Source: Sphyrna mokarran (Eukaryota). From it: a DNA stretch of 64,000 nucleotides. The translations under genes were made by a program, and so were the position numbers. How positions within the stretch are numbered: the stretch's first letter is position 1; each line of letters opens with the position of its first letter. The stretch covers positions 57,412,001 through 57,476,000 of the forward strand of contig JAGIQG010000002.1 in NCBI GenBank assembly GCA_024679065.1. The letters run 5' to 3'. Under the pieces are notes generated by a model that worked only from the letters and a program-made list of their open reading frames with translations, was not told the DNA's origin and did no database searches. Shown here piece by piece: positions 12,689 to 25,644 of this stretch.

Positions 12689-12889
12689 TGTACATGACTG
12701 TGACATCAGACATATAAAGCACAGATGATGGCTAATGTATATATGATATATAGAATGTTTGAAGACTATGTAGGGGTACATATGGAAAATTGATGCAGAA
12801 GAAAATGTATGCTTGTATAACGCCTAAGTGGATTGTTCTGATACTTGGTACTTTTATTGTGCTTCCACTGAGCACTGACTTCTATTCTC

Positions 12890-13165
12890 CTATTAATACA
12901 TTCTGCTATCATAGCTTTGCCACTATCAATGCTCTTCAGGCCCTAATGGCACCGTTAACAGCTCATTTGTCTCATGTCCGTGACACATTTGTCAATTTCT
13001 TGTTTACTCTGACCTATCACTGGCTTTCCATTCTGCCCCAGCCTCACTTTTCCTTTTCAGTTCTGTAGAAGGGTCACATGGACTTGAAATGTTAACCGTT
13101 TCTCTTTCTAGAAATGCTGCCAGTCCTGCTGAATTTATCCAGCAGGTTCTGTTTTTTTTTATGTG
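12890..13165 (+). mobile_element. Penelope-like element terminus (family B) with degenerate hammerhead core
   Basis: 13063 reads CTGTAGA-AGGGTC-ACATG-GACTT-GAAA-TGTTAAC, then agaaatgctgccagtcctgctga. Confidence 0.55.
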
Positions 13166-13432
13166 TTTCGATTGTTTTGCCTTCATGTGAAATCCATACA
13201 TATACTGTGTGTGAAGCTATGAAGCCAATAAACACATCAATATAACAGAGGCTAAGTATGCTTTGTGAAGCTTTCGGGATATGTATTTTAATTTAGTCTA
13301 ACAACTGTACAAATATAAACAGTTTGCTTTTCATAGTGTATTTCTTACAACCATAAATTGCCAATTGTTTATTTCAACAACTCATTTATCATATTAATGT
13401 TAACAAATTGCTGCATTTCAAAGAAAGATATT

Positions 13433-14369
13433 GGGCCCGATTTTACCATTTTGTTTTAAGTGCTGAATCTGGGAATGTTTCAGATCCAATTTTTAGACCA
13501 GTTCTCAGGCACCCCCATGCACACTCTCCTGAAAAATAATCAGTGATTTTGAATCATGCTGCACAAGAATGTGGGCAAGGCTTATCACATCCAAAACACT
13601 GCTGCTCCAATCAGAGCCTTCAACGGCGTGTGCAGTAAAAGAAATAGAAAAACGCTTCTCTGCCACATTTCTTTCAGGCCTGATAATACCTCCCCTTAGC
13701 CCCCGCAGACATTGCCTTACCACCACAACATAAGTATACCCGTTATCTCCCCAACCGCCTGCTACCCAGGCTGATCGCAGCTCCCTGCCCCCTTCCCCAT
13801 CCACCAGTTGTACGCAGAATGGCAGTGGACCCACCCTTCCCCCCCCCCCCCACCGACTGCAGCTGAGAGGTAGCAGAACCCCCCTGCCCCTCACTAGAGA
13901 GACATCTGACCCACCTCCTTCTCCCCCCACCAGAAGCCATCTGATCTGCCTCCCTCCCGCAAATAAGGGAGCCATCTGAGCTGCCTCCCTTCCATCCACC
14001 CCCTCGCCCACCCCCCTCGCCCCCAACCAGGGTTCTATCTGACCCATCTCCCTTCCCCCCTCCTCACCTCCAGCGATCTAAGTCAGAGAGCCACCAGAAG
14101 CACTGAACTTACCTCTTCAGAAGCTGGAGCTCCCGAATCAGACCTTTCCAGACAATGTCTGTTTCACGCTGAATCTGGATGGGCAAATGCAGTGATAAAT
14201 TGACATTGTGCCCATTTTGGGCATAATGCTGATGATGGTCATTTTAGGCCCTTGGTAAAGGAGGAACGGACGCAGAGATGGTTATAGATTGCGCTACTCA
14301 CCTTGAGCCTGACTCTACCCAAGTTTTCACACCCGAAAACAGGCACAACTTGATGATAAAATCAGGCTC
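13433..14369. mobile_element. Non-autonomous PIF/Harbinger-type element (MITE-like)
   Basis: Imperfect TIRs gggcccgattttacca / tgataaaatcaggctc with ATT on both sides (3-bp TSD); C-rich interior. Confidence 0.6.
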
Positions 14370-14974
14370 ATTGTATGTAGATAAAGAATCAAAAGTGCAA
14401 TACAACTTAGCTATGGTAGCTTGAATAGATTACTAAATGATGGATGATTAATGTATTTCTTTTCAAAAAATACAATATTTGATGTAAATAAGTTACATAA
14501 GAAATTTGTGTACTGGCAGCCACACTTACAAAATATGAACATTTACTTTTTGATTGAAAAGATGTTTTTGAATTGCAAACTGTTGAGTAAAGAAGTACAC
14601 ACAATACCTGCTCTTATCAATGAGTCATCAAACAGAGTGGCTGCATTCAGAAGCATTTGCTGTATTTTATAACAAAATATGCAATATGGACTTAAGAAAT
14701 GAAGAATTATGTCCTTCCTTATGGCTCCACATGATTCCAGTATGTCCAACAGCATCATTAGACTGTTTTGCTGTTTAACTCAATGGTTAGAAATTTAGAC
14801 ATCATTTCATAGATAATAGTTTGTGAAGGCAAGTGGAATATGAATCAAATTTCTGACATGAATTAACATTGTAAATCTGACTTATGGTCACAAAACACAA
14901 ATCATCAACAGCTAACATTTGTCTTGACTTGCATTAGTCCTCAGCTGAAGAGGATGTGATACGTGTTGCGGAAA

Positions 14975-15075
14975 ATAGATATTGACCAGGACACCTGGGC
15001 TCCTTTCCTTTCTTCAAATAGGGCCATGAGTTTGTTTAAATCCACTTGAGAGGGCAGACAGGGCCTCAAGTTAAG
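14975..15075 (-). mobile_element. DeuSINE (SacSINE1/AmnSINE-like) Deu-domain remnant
   Basis: ccaggacacc...ccacttgagagggcagacagggcctc matches the recalled antisense Deu domain. Confidence 0.55.
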
Positions 15076-15227
15076 TGAAGCAATTGAGTTGAAATAAAAG
15101 GACATTTGCCAGATTCAGCAAGTGCCAAGAATTGCTATTCATGGTTGACAGTGAACTAGCTACGTGAGACTGAAGAGGATCTGGAGTATATTTACTGCAC
15201 AAAAAGAAGTAATTCTGCCCAATAGAT

Positions 15228-15700
15228 AGCATTCATGTTCCACGTGAGCTTCCTCTCCCACATCGAACACCATCAATATCCCTTTTTATTCCTTTCTCTC
15301 TCATGTATTTATCTGGTGTCCTCTTAAATGCATCTATGCTAATTGCTTCAACTGTTCCTTGTTGTGATATGTTCCACCATTTCCTGAATTTCTGATTGGA
15401 TTTATCAATGATTATATCATATTTATGACTTCTAGTCTTTTCCCAGGAGATGGAAATATCTTCAGTACATGTCCACCAAAGCAAAGCCTTTTATAACCCA
15501 AAATCTTTTAGTGGGTCATTCCTCAGTCTCCTCTGTTCCAGGGAATAGAACATCATTCTGTTCAATCTTTTGGTATAGTTCTCAATTTGGAGGCTTTCTA
15601 GCAAATATTTCTTCTCCAGTGCCTCCGTGGCCTTTTCATTATTTGGAGACCATAACTGTTCATAGTACTTGAAATTTAGCCTAACCAGGGTTGTATTTGA
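15228..15700 (-). mobile_element. Old CR1 LINE 3' remnant
   Basis: Minus ORF VEAISIDAFKRTPDKYMREKGIK matches the CR1 ORF2 C-terminus. Confidence 0.6.
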
Positions 15701-16299
15701 ATCCTACCCTTCATAAGTGAAGGAGTTGTTTGTGTTTTTATGGCCCAGTTAGCTTTGTTACAAATTTTAGTAAATAGAGTCATTAATCTAGCCTTTCTGA
15801 TTGAAGAACATCTCTACCAGAGTGGAAATTCTACTCAGCACAGCGATGTTGCCTCACCTTGGAAAAAAAGTTATGGTTCTTGGGCCATTTGCAAACTGGC
15901 GATGGGACCAAAAACTTGATACAAACAGGCCCCAAAGCGAGAAGCAAAACAGCCTGAAAAACTGGCATTTGTTTCTCATTTGTCAAATGTTTGCTTGTAT
16001 ATGTGGAAACTCCGTGAATGCTGACTGCCAGGGCTTAATATATGGGCTTTGTAATCTTTGATTTGAAACTGGGCAAATGACATGGCAGCCAGCTTGGAAC
16101 AGTATTTTTTATGCTGCTGGGATTGCTCCCCAGAAAAGTTAGAGACAATTCAGAGCATGACCTCAAGCTTCTCTTTGCATTCAAGATTTGATTAAAAGCC
16201 ACTAGGAGGAGACAGAAAGCCAAAATCGTTATGTCTTGCGATTGCAAAACAACAATTTACAAATCAAACAGAATGCTGAACTAAACAAAAAGCAAAGAT

Positions 16300-16957
16300 A
16301 AACACAGAAATTTTGTTGGTGGTGGGGGTGGGGGGGGGAGTGGCCTTGGAACTCCGGTGGCCTATTGGGTCTATTAAAGCCCTTAAGTGGCCAATTAATG
16401 ATAATTGTTTTAATGACAACAGGATGGCCTATGCCAAGTGATTAACCCACTGGGTGGTGCCAGGCAAGGGTGGGAGTGAAAGGTCATCTGCAGCCTGTGT
16501 CCGTTGGATGAACCTCCCCCACACCACCACCAACACCACCAAGCCCCCCCCCCCCCCACCTCACCCTTTATCTTTTGCCTCTGGCATCTCAAATGCAAAC
16601 CCAGCCCTCCACTTCTTCATACCTTTCATCAAGGCCTGCCAATCTGACCCCAGTGCAATTTCGCCCACATGTCTTGCTGTCCGCCTCCAGTGACGATCTC
16701 CACTGGGGACTGCCTATAGTTAAAATATTGCCCACTACTCCTGCCTGCTGCTGTAGTACTGTAGAGTTGCTGTCCTAGTGGTTGACAGTTTTCTGAGGCA
16801 AGACTTGTTCCTGATGATGGAAATCCTGTTATTGGCCTAATAACGGTTAATTGGCTGCTACATTATAGTGGGGCAGCTGTTCCTCCTTGGGCAGATGACC
16901 CATGGAATTTTTCAGCGTGATGTGGAGGCACTCAGCACGTTGTAAAATCCAGCCCCC
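16300..16957. mobile_element. Degenerate GC-rich Harbinger-type non-autonomous repeat
   Basis: Ends in aaaatccagccc; a similar interior and end occur at 25000-25463. Confidence 0.4.
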
Positions 16958-18885
16958 CTGGTCCAGTCACCCTGAACCAGTTCTGCTTATTCAAGATGTA
17001 TTCAAACCCTGGAGTGCAAAGAACAGTTAGGAGGCTGAAACCAATGTTACAGGACTGAATTATGGATTGAAATTTCAATAAGTAGTTTAGTAGAACAGAA
17101 AAGCCTACACAAATGCCATCATGTTAAGCAATGGCCACATGCCAACAGGACATAGATGCAATTGGTAAAAGATAATTTGATGGCTGGTGTCATGAAACAC
17201 TTCTTGACACCAGTTAGAGTGTTGGAGAGATAGTTTGATGCTGTGTATGGATAATTATAGCTTTTTGTGATGAGCAGATGGCCAAATAGACTCTAAATAA
17301 CTTGCTGAGTAGTAACTAAGTAAACGGTCTAATGATAACACATTTGGAGCAGCAGAAAGGCCTGTTGTTACTCTTATACCATAATTATTTGGACTAGCAG
17401 TCAAAGAGCAGATAGATCTCAGTACAGCATTTTCCTGCTCTGCCACTTGATAAGCTCATCTGAATATTTAAGTAGGGACTCATCTCAGACTACTTCCACA
17501 AGTAAATGGAGAACAGGATGGTGCATTTTCCACTACAAACTGTTTCATTTCCATGGCAACTTCCTTTTGATTCTGGGAAAATTTTTCAGAATGCATTTTA
17601 ATGGTACTTGGAAGCACTTAGCTTTGCACTGAGTGACTTCTCTTTACTTTCTCTCTTTGCACTTGGAAGAAGACTACTACACCCAGTTGCACCTGAGTGT
17701 TACCATAGAAAATATCACAAAATATTTTTAAGCAATGCTTGACTATATATTAAATATCTAATTAAAACATGTATTTCAGCTTACTATGCTCATTTCCCAC
17801 ACAGACCATGCAGAATTTTGTATATCGAGCCACCTAATTTACTCAATCCCTCAAGGAAGGCAGCTAACTGTAGCTGAAACTTCCAAGATCCTGTGAAGTA
17901 TTCCTTTGATGTTTAGGAATGAAAAAAAATATTCACTTTGGGTGGAAATTAGCTCATGAATGTACTTGTATGAAATTTCCCATCCCATTATTTAAATAAA
18001 AACATTAGTTTTGTAAAAGAGTTAACATGAAGTGTCTATGCAAGCCTGACAAAGAACGATTTCACCCCATAATTTATTCAACCAGTTTGATTTAGAATGG
18101 GCAGAATTCCCAAGGGCAAAGCACTAACTCAATCAAAGCTAATGGAAAAGGTCATTCTGGGGAAGTGTGCTTGATCTTCAAAAGAAAGCACAGTCCAATA
18201 ATCCAAGAATTCTCAAGTGATCTTAATTTTGGTTCACAATACTGTTACAAATGCTCAAGGCTACAAGATCTCTGAGAATTCAGAGTACAATTTTTGACTG
18301 TGGGTTAGATTTTTTAATCAATTAAACCTCATTAGGAAGAATTGGGTGGAGTTCCCTAAAACATAGGCAGTGTCAGCCTGAGTGAGGAGGAAATTTGATT
18401 TCAACATTGACATATTTGTGGGGTCATTCTGCATGCTATTTGATGATCTTTGTGTTCATGGTGTGAATTATGTTCATGTATTGCTAGGGATAGTCAGGAT
18501 TGTTAGGTAAGAGATAAAGAAGGAAGTACTTTTGAGAACACAGAAGTTAGGTAAATATATTCGAACCATTTCTCAACATCTTAACATCTTTTCATTTTAT
18601 TTTATGCAAAATGTTCAAACTCTTTCCATCGTAGGGATTGGTTGGAAAGCAGTTGCAAACGTGTAGTCCTTCCCACCACAGTCTCAGATGCACTTCCATC
18701 TCCAGGCACGATCCAGGTCACAAACTTGCTTTGAATTCTAAATATTGTTTAATTTCAGAAGATCCTTGGGCATTGACATTCATGACTTGCATGAATCCAC
18801 AGCTAAATACATTAAAAGAAATAACGATGAGTGATTGTCTGAAAATGTGTCCCATGATATTTTCGTAACTAAGATTAGAAAATAA

Positions 18886-19228
18886 TCATAGAATCCCTAC
18901 AGTGCAGAAAGAGGCCACTCAGCCTCTTGAGTCTGCACCAATTCTCTGACAGAGATCTTGCTCAGTCACACTCCCATCCCATAACCCCATGCATTTACCC
19001 CCAATCCCCTAACCTACAAATCTTTGGGCACTAAACAGAAATTTACCATGATCAATCCACCTAACCTGCACATTGTTTGACTATGGAGAGAACCAGAACA
19101 CTCGGTCTCACATTCCAAGGGGAAAACGTGCAAACTCTGAACAGAAAGTCACCCAAGGCCAGAATTGATTTCGGATTCCTGGCACTATGAATCAGCAGTG
19201 CTAACTACTGAGTCACCATGCTATCCCA
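18886..19228 (-). mobile_element. HE1-type V-SINE
   Basis: Antisense tail tcatagaatccctacagtgcag through antisense head cagcagtgctaac. Confidence 0.8.
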
Positions 19229-19612
19229 TTGCTGCTTGAAGATGATATTTCTTCCAATATGGAGCTTAATGTATGATAGCATAATGGTAATGTTATTGAG
19301 TCCTCAATAACATCAAGGTAATTAAAGAGATGGAGCACAGTGGTCATTTAACTGGACAGGTCCAGACTTTTGAGGCAGGATAATCCGTCTGCGTGTGTCC
19401 CAAGGCCAGAAATTCCCACTCAAACTTAATGGATCTTTGAATGGTCTGCTGAATTTTCTGTCTGACCTGATATAATTCCCGTAATGGGCGAGATGGGAGG
19501 ATTTCGCTGATAGAGTGGGATTTTCCACACATCCTGCTGTAGGTCTCATGATGCCACAGCATGAACTTAAATCTCACCTTGGCAGTTGGGTTTAAGACCC
19601 AGCAACAATTTT

Positions 19613-19790
19613 GAATTTAAGTTTATTTATTAGTGTCATAAGTAGGCTTACATTAACACTGCAATAAAGTTATTGTGAAAATCCCCTAGTCACCACACTC
19701 CGGCGCCTGTTCAGGTACACAGAGGGAGAATTTAGAATGGCCAATGCACGTAACCAGCATGTCTTTCAGACTATGGGACGAAACCGGAGC
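19613..19790 (-). mobile_element. V-SINE variant with alternative (Rex1-like) 3' tail, partial
   Basis: tttattagtgtca.aagtaggcttacattaacactgcaat tail joined to an antisense V-domain. Confidence 0.7.
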
Positions 19791-19859
19791 TTTTAGCATA
19801 GAGGCAGGGATGCAACCCATTGCATCATAAGATCTCCTGGCAACAGTGAAGGAAGAGCT

Positions 19860-20980
19860 CTAAAGTTTCAAGTCAGACTGGTGTGCGGCTGAGAGGTGAG
19901 CTTGCAATTGGTTATGATCCCATGTGTCGGCTGCCCTTGTCTTTGTAGGTGGCAGAGATTTGGTTTGTAAGGTGCTGTTGAAGGAAGCTTGATGTATTGT
20001 TGCAGCACATTTGTGCTACACACTGCTGCCACTGTGAGTTGGTGGTGAAGACTGAATATTTAAGATAGTGGATAAGGGGTCGATCAAGTGAGCTGCTTTG
20101 TATTGAATGGTGAGGAGCTTCTTGAGTGCTTTTAGATCTACATTCAACCAGACAAGTGGAAACTATTGCATCACATTACTGACTTGTAACTTGTATAAGG
20201 TGAGCACATTTCTACAGGTCATAGGGTGTTAATCAACACAGATTCTCAGCCTTTGACTTGGTTTAGTTATCATTGTATTTATAAAATGCCTAGCTCAGTT
20301 TTTGGTCAAAGACCTGGATGTTGATGTTCAGAATTCAGAGATGGAAATGCCACTGAATAGGCAGATGTGCCAGGCAATGAATGTTAATTGTTACCATCAG
20401 CCGAAGCCTGAATATTGTCCAGGTCTTGCTGCATATGGACAGTCATGCATGGTACTGAACATTATGCAATTATTGAACATTCCTATTCTGGCATTATGAT
20501 GGAGAGAGAGCCACTGATGTAGCAGCTGAGGTGATTTGGCTAAGATATTCACTTGAGGAACCTCTGCATCAATGTCCTGTGGCTAAGATGATTGGCTTGC
20601 AACAATCACAGCCATCATCATTTGAACTGGTAGGACTCCAAAAATATGATGTGTTTTCCTCTGATTCCTGCAGACTTCAGTTTTGCTGGGGCTCCATACT
20701 ATTACATTTTGTCAATGGCTGCTTTGACGTCAAAGGCAGTCATTCTCATCTCATGTGCCAATAAGTTCAAGTGCCGAGCACCCTGGCAGAACCCAAACTG
20801 AGCATTCCTGAAAAGATAATTGCTGGGTAAATGTTTGAGAATGCTGTTGACATCTGATTTCTTCACTTTGTTGATGATCAAAAGTAGGGTGAGGGGTGGC
20901 AAATAGCTAGATTGGAACTGTCCTGCTGTTTATAGACACAGCTTACTTGGGCAACTTTCCATATTGCCAGGTAGATGCTA
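19860..20980 (-). mobile_element. Old shark LINE RT remnant (same family as 3065 and 30435)
   Basis: Minus ORF RNAQFGFCQG...AFDVKAAIDKM resembles RT motifs QFGFR and LDIKAAFD. Confidence 0.6.
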
Positions 20981-21544
20981 CATCTTTAAAAATGATCGTA
21001 AAGGTGTCATACAAATCCAATGGATTATTCTCCCTTATTGTTCTATCTCATACCATTCCATTCCTATACCAATGTAGTCGACTCTGAACAGCCTTTAGCT
21101 GCTCACTTGTATTACTGCCTTTCATCTCGAGAATGATTATGAATTCAAAAGTATGTAGACTAGCTTTAAGTATTAAATTGTCGCAGACATAAACATTGAG
21201 ATGTATTCATTACAGATTAGGGCAATATATTTTCAGTTTATTAACTCAGGAACATGAGGTCAAAACGGAGCAGGATATTTATTCTAGTTAACATATCTGA
21301 ATGTGCGAATGGAAATACTAATTATACAATTGACCATAAAAGGCTGGTAGACCATTGGCTCACAAAATCTAAACTCCAATACTTCTCTATTCATTTAGCT
21401 CCTATTCTTTACACACTCTTGACTGGATGGATTTCTGAATTCAAGCTGTTAGGTTGTTTGAGGCAGGAGACCAATAATGAAGTAAGCAACAGCAATTGCA
21501 AAAAAAAGTACTCTTGAAGGGTGAAAAGCACTTATCACAGATAA

Positions 21545-22170
21545 TGATTTGATTTATTATTGTCACGTGTATTAACATATACTGAAAACCACTGTTTCTT
21601 GTGCACTATACAGACAAAGCATACCATTCATAGAGAAGGAAATGAGAGAGTGCAGAATGTAGAATTACAGTCAATGTTAGGATGTAGAGAAAAATTAACT
21701 TAATGCAAGGTAAGTACATCAAAAGTCTGACAGCAGCAGGGAAGAATCTGTTCCTGAGGCGGTTGGTACATGACCTCAGACCTTTGTATCTTTTTCCCAA
21801 TGGAAGAAGATGGGAGAGAGAACGTCTGGGGTGCCTGAGGTCCTTAATTATGTTGGTTGCTTTGCTGAGGCAGCGGAAGTGTAGACAGCACCAATGGATG
21901 AGAGGTTGGCTTGTGTGATAGGTTGGGCTACATACATGACCTTTTCTAATTCCTTATGGTCTTGGGCAGAGCAGCAGCCATACCAAACTGTAACATAAGC
22001 AGAAAGAATGCTTCCTATGATGCATCTGTAAAAATTGGTGAGAGTCATAGCTGACATGCTAAATTTCCTTAGTCTTCTGAGAAGGGAGAGGCATTGGTGG
22101 GCTTTCTTAACCATAGTGTCAGCATGGTAGGGCCCATGACATGTTGTTGGTGATCTGGACACCTAAAAAC
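21545..22170 (-). mobile_element. Rex1/Babar LINE 3' fragment
   Basis: KKAHQCLSLLRRLRKF..LTNFYRCIIGSILS..VWYG and RLRNRFFPAAVRLL; tail gtgacaataataaatcaaatc. Confidence 0.8.
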
Positions 22171-22394
22171 TATGATTGGGAAACCAAAATAATTGTCTTC
22201 TCCATTAAACTGCGGTGATAAAATATAATCAAAACAACCACGTTACAGAGAAAAAAAACAAATTTGTATGGTTGTGATAACTTGTTGAATTTCTTTTTAC
22301 CTGCATAGAATTCAGTAAATGTCTGTTGGGTTCAAAGAGACATATATTCTGTTATTCCAGAAAATCCTGACACATGATGAAGACAATAATTTTA

Positions 22395-22760
22395 AAAAAT
22401 TCTTTCATGAGATGTGGGCATCCCTGGCATGACTTGCATTTGGTGCCCACCCTAATTGCCCTTGTTCTGCAAAGTTTACTAGGCTATTTCAGAAGGCAGT
22501 TAAGCATCAATCACCTTCATCTAGATCTAGAGCCACATGTAAATTAGACTAGGTAGCAGATTTCCTTCCCTAAAGGACATTATTGAACAGATGGATTTTT
22601 ATGACAATGATAGTTTTATGGTCACCATTACTGGTTGCAGTATCCAGTTTTATTAATTGCATTTTAAATTCCACCAGCTGCCATGGTGAGATTTGAACCC
22701 ATGTCCTCCGCTGTTGGGTTACTACTGCAGTGACATTGGCATTATGGCACCATCTCCCCC
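22395..22760 (-). mobile_element. tRNA-derived shark SINE (family unassigned)
   Basis: Antisense copy of the element at 35730-36065; B-box-like gggttcaaatctc. Confidence 0.6.
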
Positions 22761-22837
22761 ATCGGGTGGAGGATAACTGGACATAAAAATGTCCAGTTAG
22801 TCCAGTAATGTCCAGTAGTGCTGCCTTACACACTATG

Positions 22838-24568
22838 CTACACTTTATCTTCTTCTTCTTGTTCACTGACTTTTGCTTTTTTCGCCACACTCTCCTCACT
22901 TTGACTTGCAGGGCATTTCAATAAAAACCTGTCCAAGGAGGTTTGTTTCTTCCTCCCTTTCAAAATGTTTCGAAAATGAGTGAGGCAAGTGTCGTTACAC
23001 AGCGCCAACTCATGACCTGTTGCAACTTTTTCAGGGTGTTTCTTTTCAATAAACTCTGAAATTTTCTCCCACATTCCCAACATTTCCTTAATCTCACTTG
23101 TAACGATAACCTCCTCCACCTCTGGCTCCTCCGCGTTAATTTCCTGCAAAACCTCTGTATGCTGCTGCTGCTGTAGCTCCTTTAATTCCTCCGTTATCAG
23201 TTCCTCATTGTGCTTCTCGACGAGGTCGTAAACGTCTCCTTTATTCACTTGCAGGCCCATGGACTTTCCGAGGGACACAATCTCCTCCACCACTAACACT
23301 TCAGGGTCGAATCCTTCGAAGTCCCTTTCGGACACAACCTCAGGCCACAGCTTCTTCCATGCAGAGTTGAAGGTCCTCTTTGTAACACCCTGCCAGGCCA
23401 TGTTGATAATTCTGAGGCAGGTCACGATATTGTAGTGATCCTTCCAGAGCTCTCGAAGGGTGAGGTTTGTGCTCTCCGTAACCTCACAGCGCTTGAACAG
23501 GTGCTTGGTGAAGAGCTTTTTGAAATTTGAAATCACCTGCTGGTCCATGGGCTGCAGGATAGGGGTGGTGTTGGCTGGAAGGTAGAGGACCTTAACAAAC
23601 TTACATTCTTCAAGGATGTCGTCTTCGAGGTTTGGTGGGTGCGCAGGAGCATTGTCAAGGACGAGAAGGGCTTGCAGAGGTAGGTTATTTTCCAAAAGGT
23701 ACTTCTTGACGGCAGGACCAAAGACCAGGTTTACCCACTCCACAAAGAACTGCCTGGTGACCCACGCCTTTGGGTTTGCCCTCCACATAACCTGCAGTTT
23801 TTCTTTAAGTAAGGCTCTGGGGTTTTCAGAGTGATACACAAGTAGCGGCTTAATCTTGCAGTCACCACTCGCCTTCGCGCACAGTGTAAGGGTAAACCTA
23901 TCCTTCATGAGTTTGTGGCCTGGCATGCTCTTCTCCTCTGCCGTTATATACGTCCTCATTGGCATCTTTTTCCAGAAGAGCCCTGTCTCGTCACAGTTGA
24001 AGATTTGCTGGGGGATGTATCCTTTGGCTTCTATCAGTTCGGCAAAAGTTATAATAAAATCCTCAGCTGCCTTCACATCCGAGCTTGCTGCCTCACTATG
24101 CCTGACGACGGAGTGAATGCCGGTCCTCTTTTTAAAATTATCAAACCATCCCCGACTGGCTTTGAATGACTCTTCCGATGCCTCGTCCGTTGATGTTCCC
24201 ACCGTCTGCTGCACCAAATCCCCGTAAATGTCTCGTGCCTTCTCACAGATGATGCTCTTGGTCACAGTATCTCCTGCGAGCTGCTTCTCCGTCAACCACA
24301 CCAACAACAACTTCTCCATCTCTTCATGGACAGAGGTCCAGAGCTTTGAAATAATCTTAACGCCCTTGGCTGGCGTCATAGCCTTTATCGACTCCTTCTG
24401 CTTCAAAATTGTACATATCGTAGAAGTACTACGATCGTACTGCCTCGCCAAGTCGACAACACGCACACCTCACTCATGTTTTTCGATGATTCCTTGCTTT
24501 AAATCCAAAGACATCATCCTTTTCTTCTTCTCAGCACTGCCCTTGGCACTCACTTTCTTAGGACCCAT
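22838..24568 (-). pseudogene. Tigger transposase (TIGD1-like; CENP-B HTH plus DD36D), one premature stop
   Basis: MGPKKVSAK... from 24568 is in frame with the 542-aa ORF across TGA at 24470-24472; motifs FKASRGWF, NCDETGLFWK, LDNAPAH and QPMDQ. Confidence 0.9.
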
Positions 24569-24821
24569 GGTTAAAACTAAGAAATTTTCCAAAATAAACA
24601 AAATGCGAAAACAAAGCAACAGCGATACGACAGAGATGCTTGCACGACAAGATAACCATGTGAACTGAACACTCGCTGGGCTACCTAGTGGCAGGTGGCG
24701 TAAGCTCGCTTGCTCGTAACTCAGATCTCGGCTCGCATCATAAAGCAAAAAATTGACCGAGCGACGGCTCCTATCTTGGAAAATCTGTAAGTTGAGTCAC
24801 TTGTAAGTCAAGGTTTCACTG
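22838..24821 (-). mobile_element. Tigger (pogo-family Tc1/mariner) DNA transposon, 3' TIR missing
   Basis: 5' end on the minus strand reads TA|CAGTGAAACCTTGACTTACAAGTG; full transposase present; no matching TIR seen past the stop codon. Confidence 0.9.
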
Positions 24822-24827
24822 TAATGT

Positions 24828-24960
24828 AATTATCTTGCAATTGTGTCTCTCCCAAAATTTATGCTTTGTTTGTGAACCTACCTCCACTCACCTGATGAAG
24901 GAGCCGTGCTCTGAAAGCTCGTGATTCCAAATAAACCTGTTGGAATTTAACCTGGTGTTT
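24828..24960 (+). mobile_element. PLE family A terminus with hammerhead core
   Basis: CAC-CTGATGA(24892)-A-GGAGC-CGT-GCTCT-GAAA-GCTC-GTG, then ataaacctgttgga. Confidence 0.75.
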
Positions 24961-25644
24961 TACCCATAGCAGCAGAGGCCATCACCAAGTTTCTAGGCTG
25001 TCTAGTAAAACTCATGAGCCATGTGGCTGGGTTGGGATAGTGGTTTAAAGTTTTTGGTTGAACACCCTGAATATTGAGAAGATATTATACAACTCGCCAT
25101 CCTTTGATCTGCTCTATTTCAACCCCCCGCTCCCCCCACCCCCTCACCCCCTGATTTTTACCTGACGTGATCCTAGTTTACTTATCAGTCCAGGCTCTGT
25201 GAAGAACCACTCTGCCTGCAGTTCCTGAAGTGGCCACTGCTCCTAGTGGCACTGCTGTGACAAAAGAGCTGTCAATCATTTGATTGGTCAGCATCTCTCT
25301 AAGGTGGAACTTATTGTCCAATGGGGGCAGCGGGTCCACATCAAGACAGTTAAAGGTCTTATTGTTATTAAATGTCTCTAGGTCAAGCTAACAAGCATAG
25401 CGGATTCACCATGACTTTCACACTGCAACGCAGAGACCCTTTACTCAACTTAAAATTCAGCCCACATTATTTGTAAAAAACATTCTGAAGTAAGGCTGCA
25501 CATCTTCAGGCTCACACTTGGACAAAAATGACATCCAAATTTACACCAATTTGACTACCAATTTTGCCAATGGAAATACATATTTCTTGCAAAGATCATG
25601 TTGATACTGGATTGTGAAGACCAATGTGAAAAAGCACTAGTTCG

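Noticed and set aside
13505-14047. 180-aa Gly-rich ORF
   Set aside because: Antisense read of a C-rich MITE interior; the same applies to 45088-45486 and the ORFs within 41184-42693.
14608-14762. Possible - strand exon with donor CAG|GTATTG
   Set aside because: Weak acceptor and unrecognised peptide.
17300-17480. Faint resemblance to a hAT dimerisation domain
   Set aside because: Too degenerate to support.
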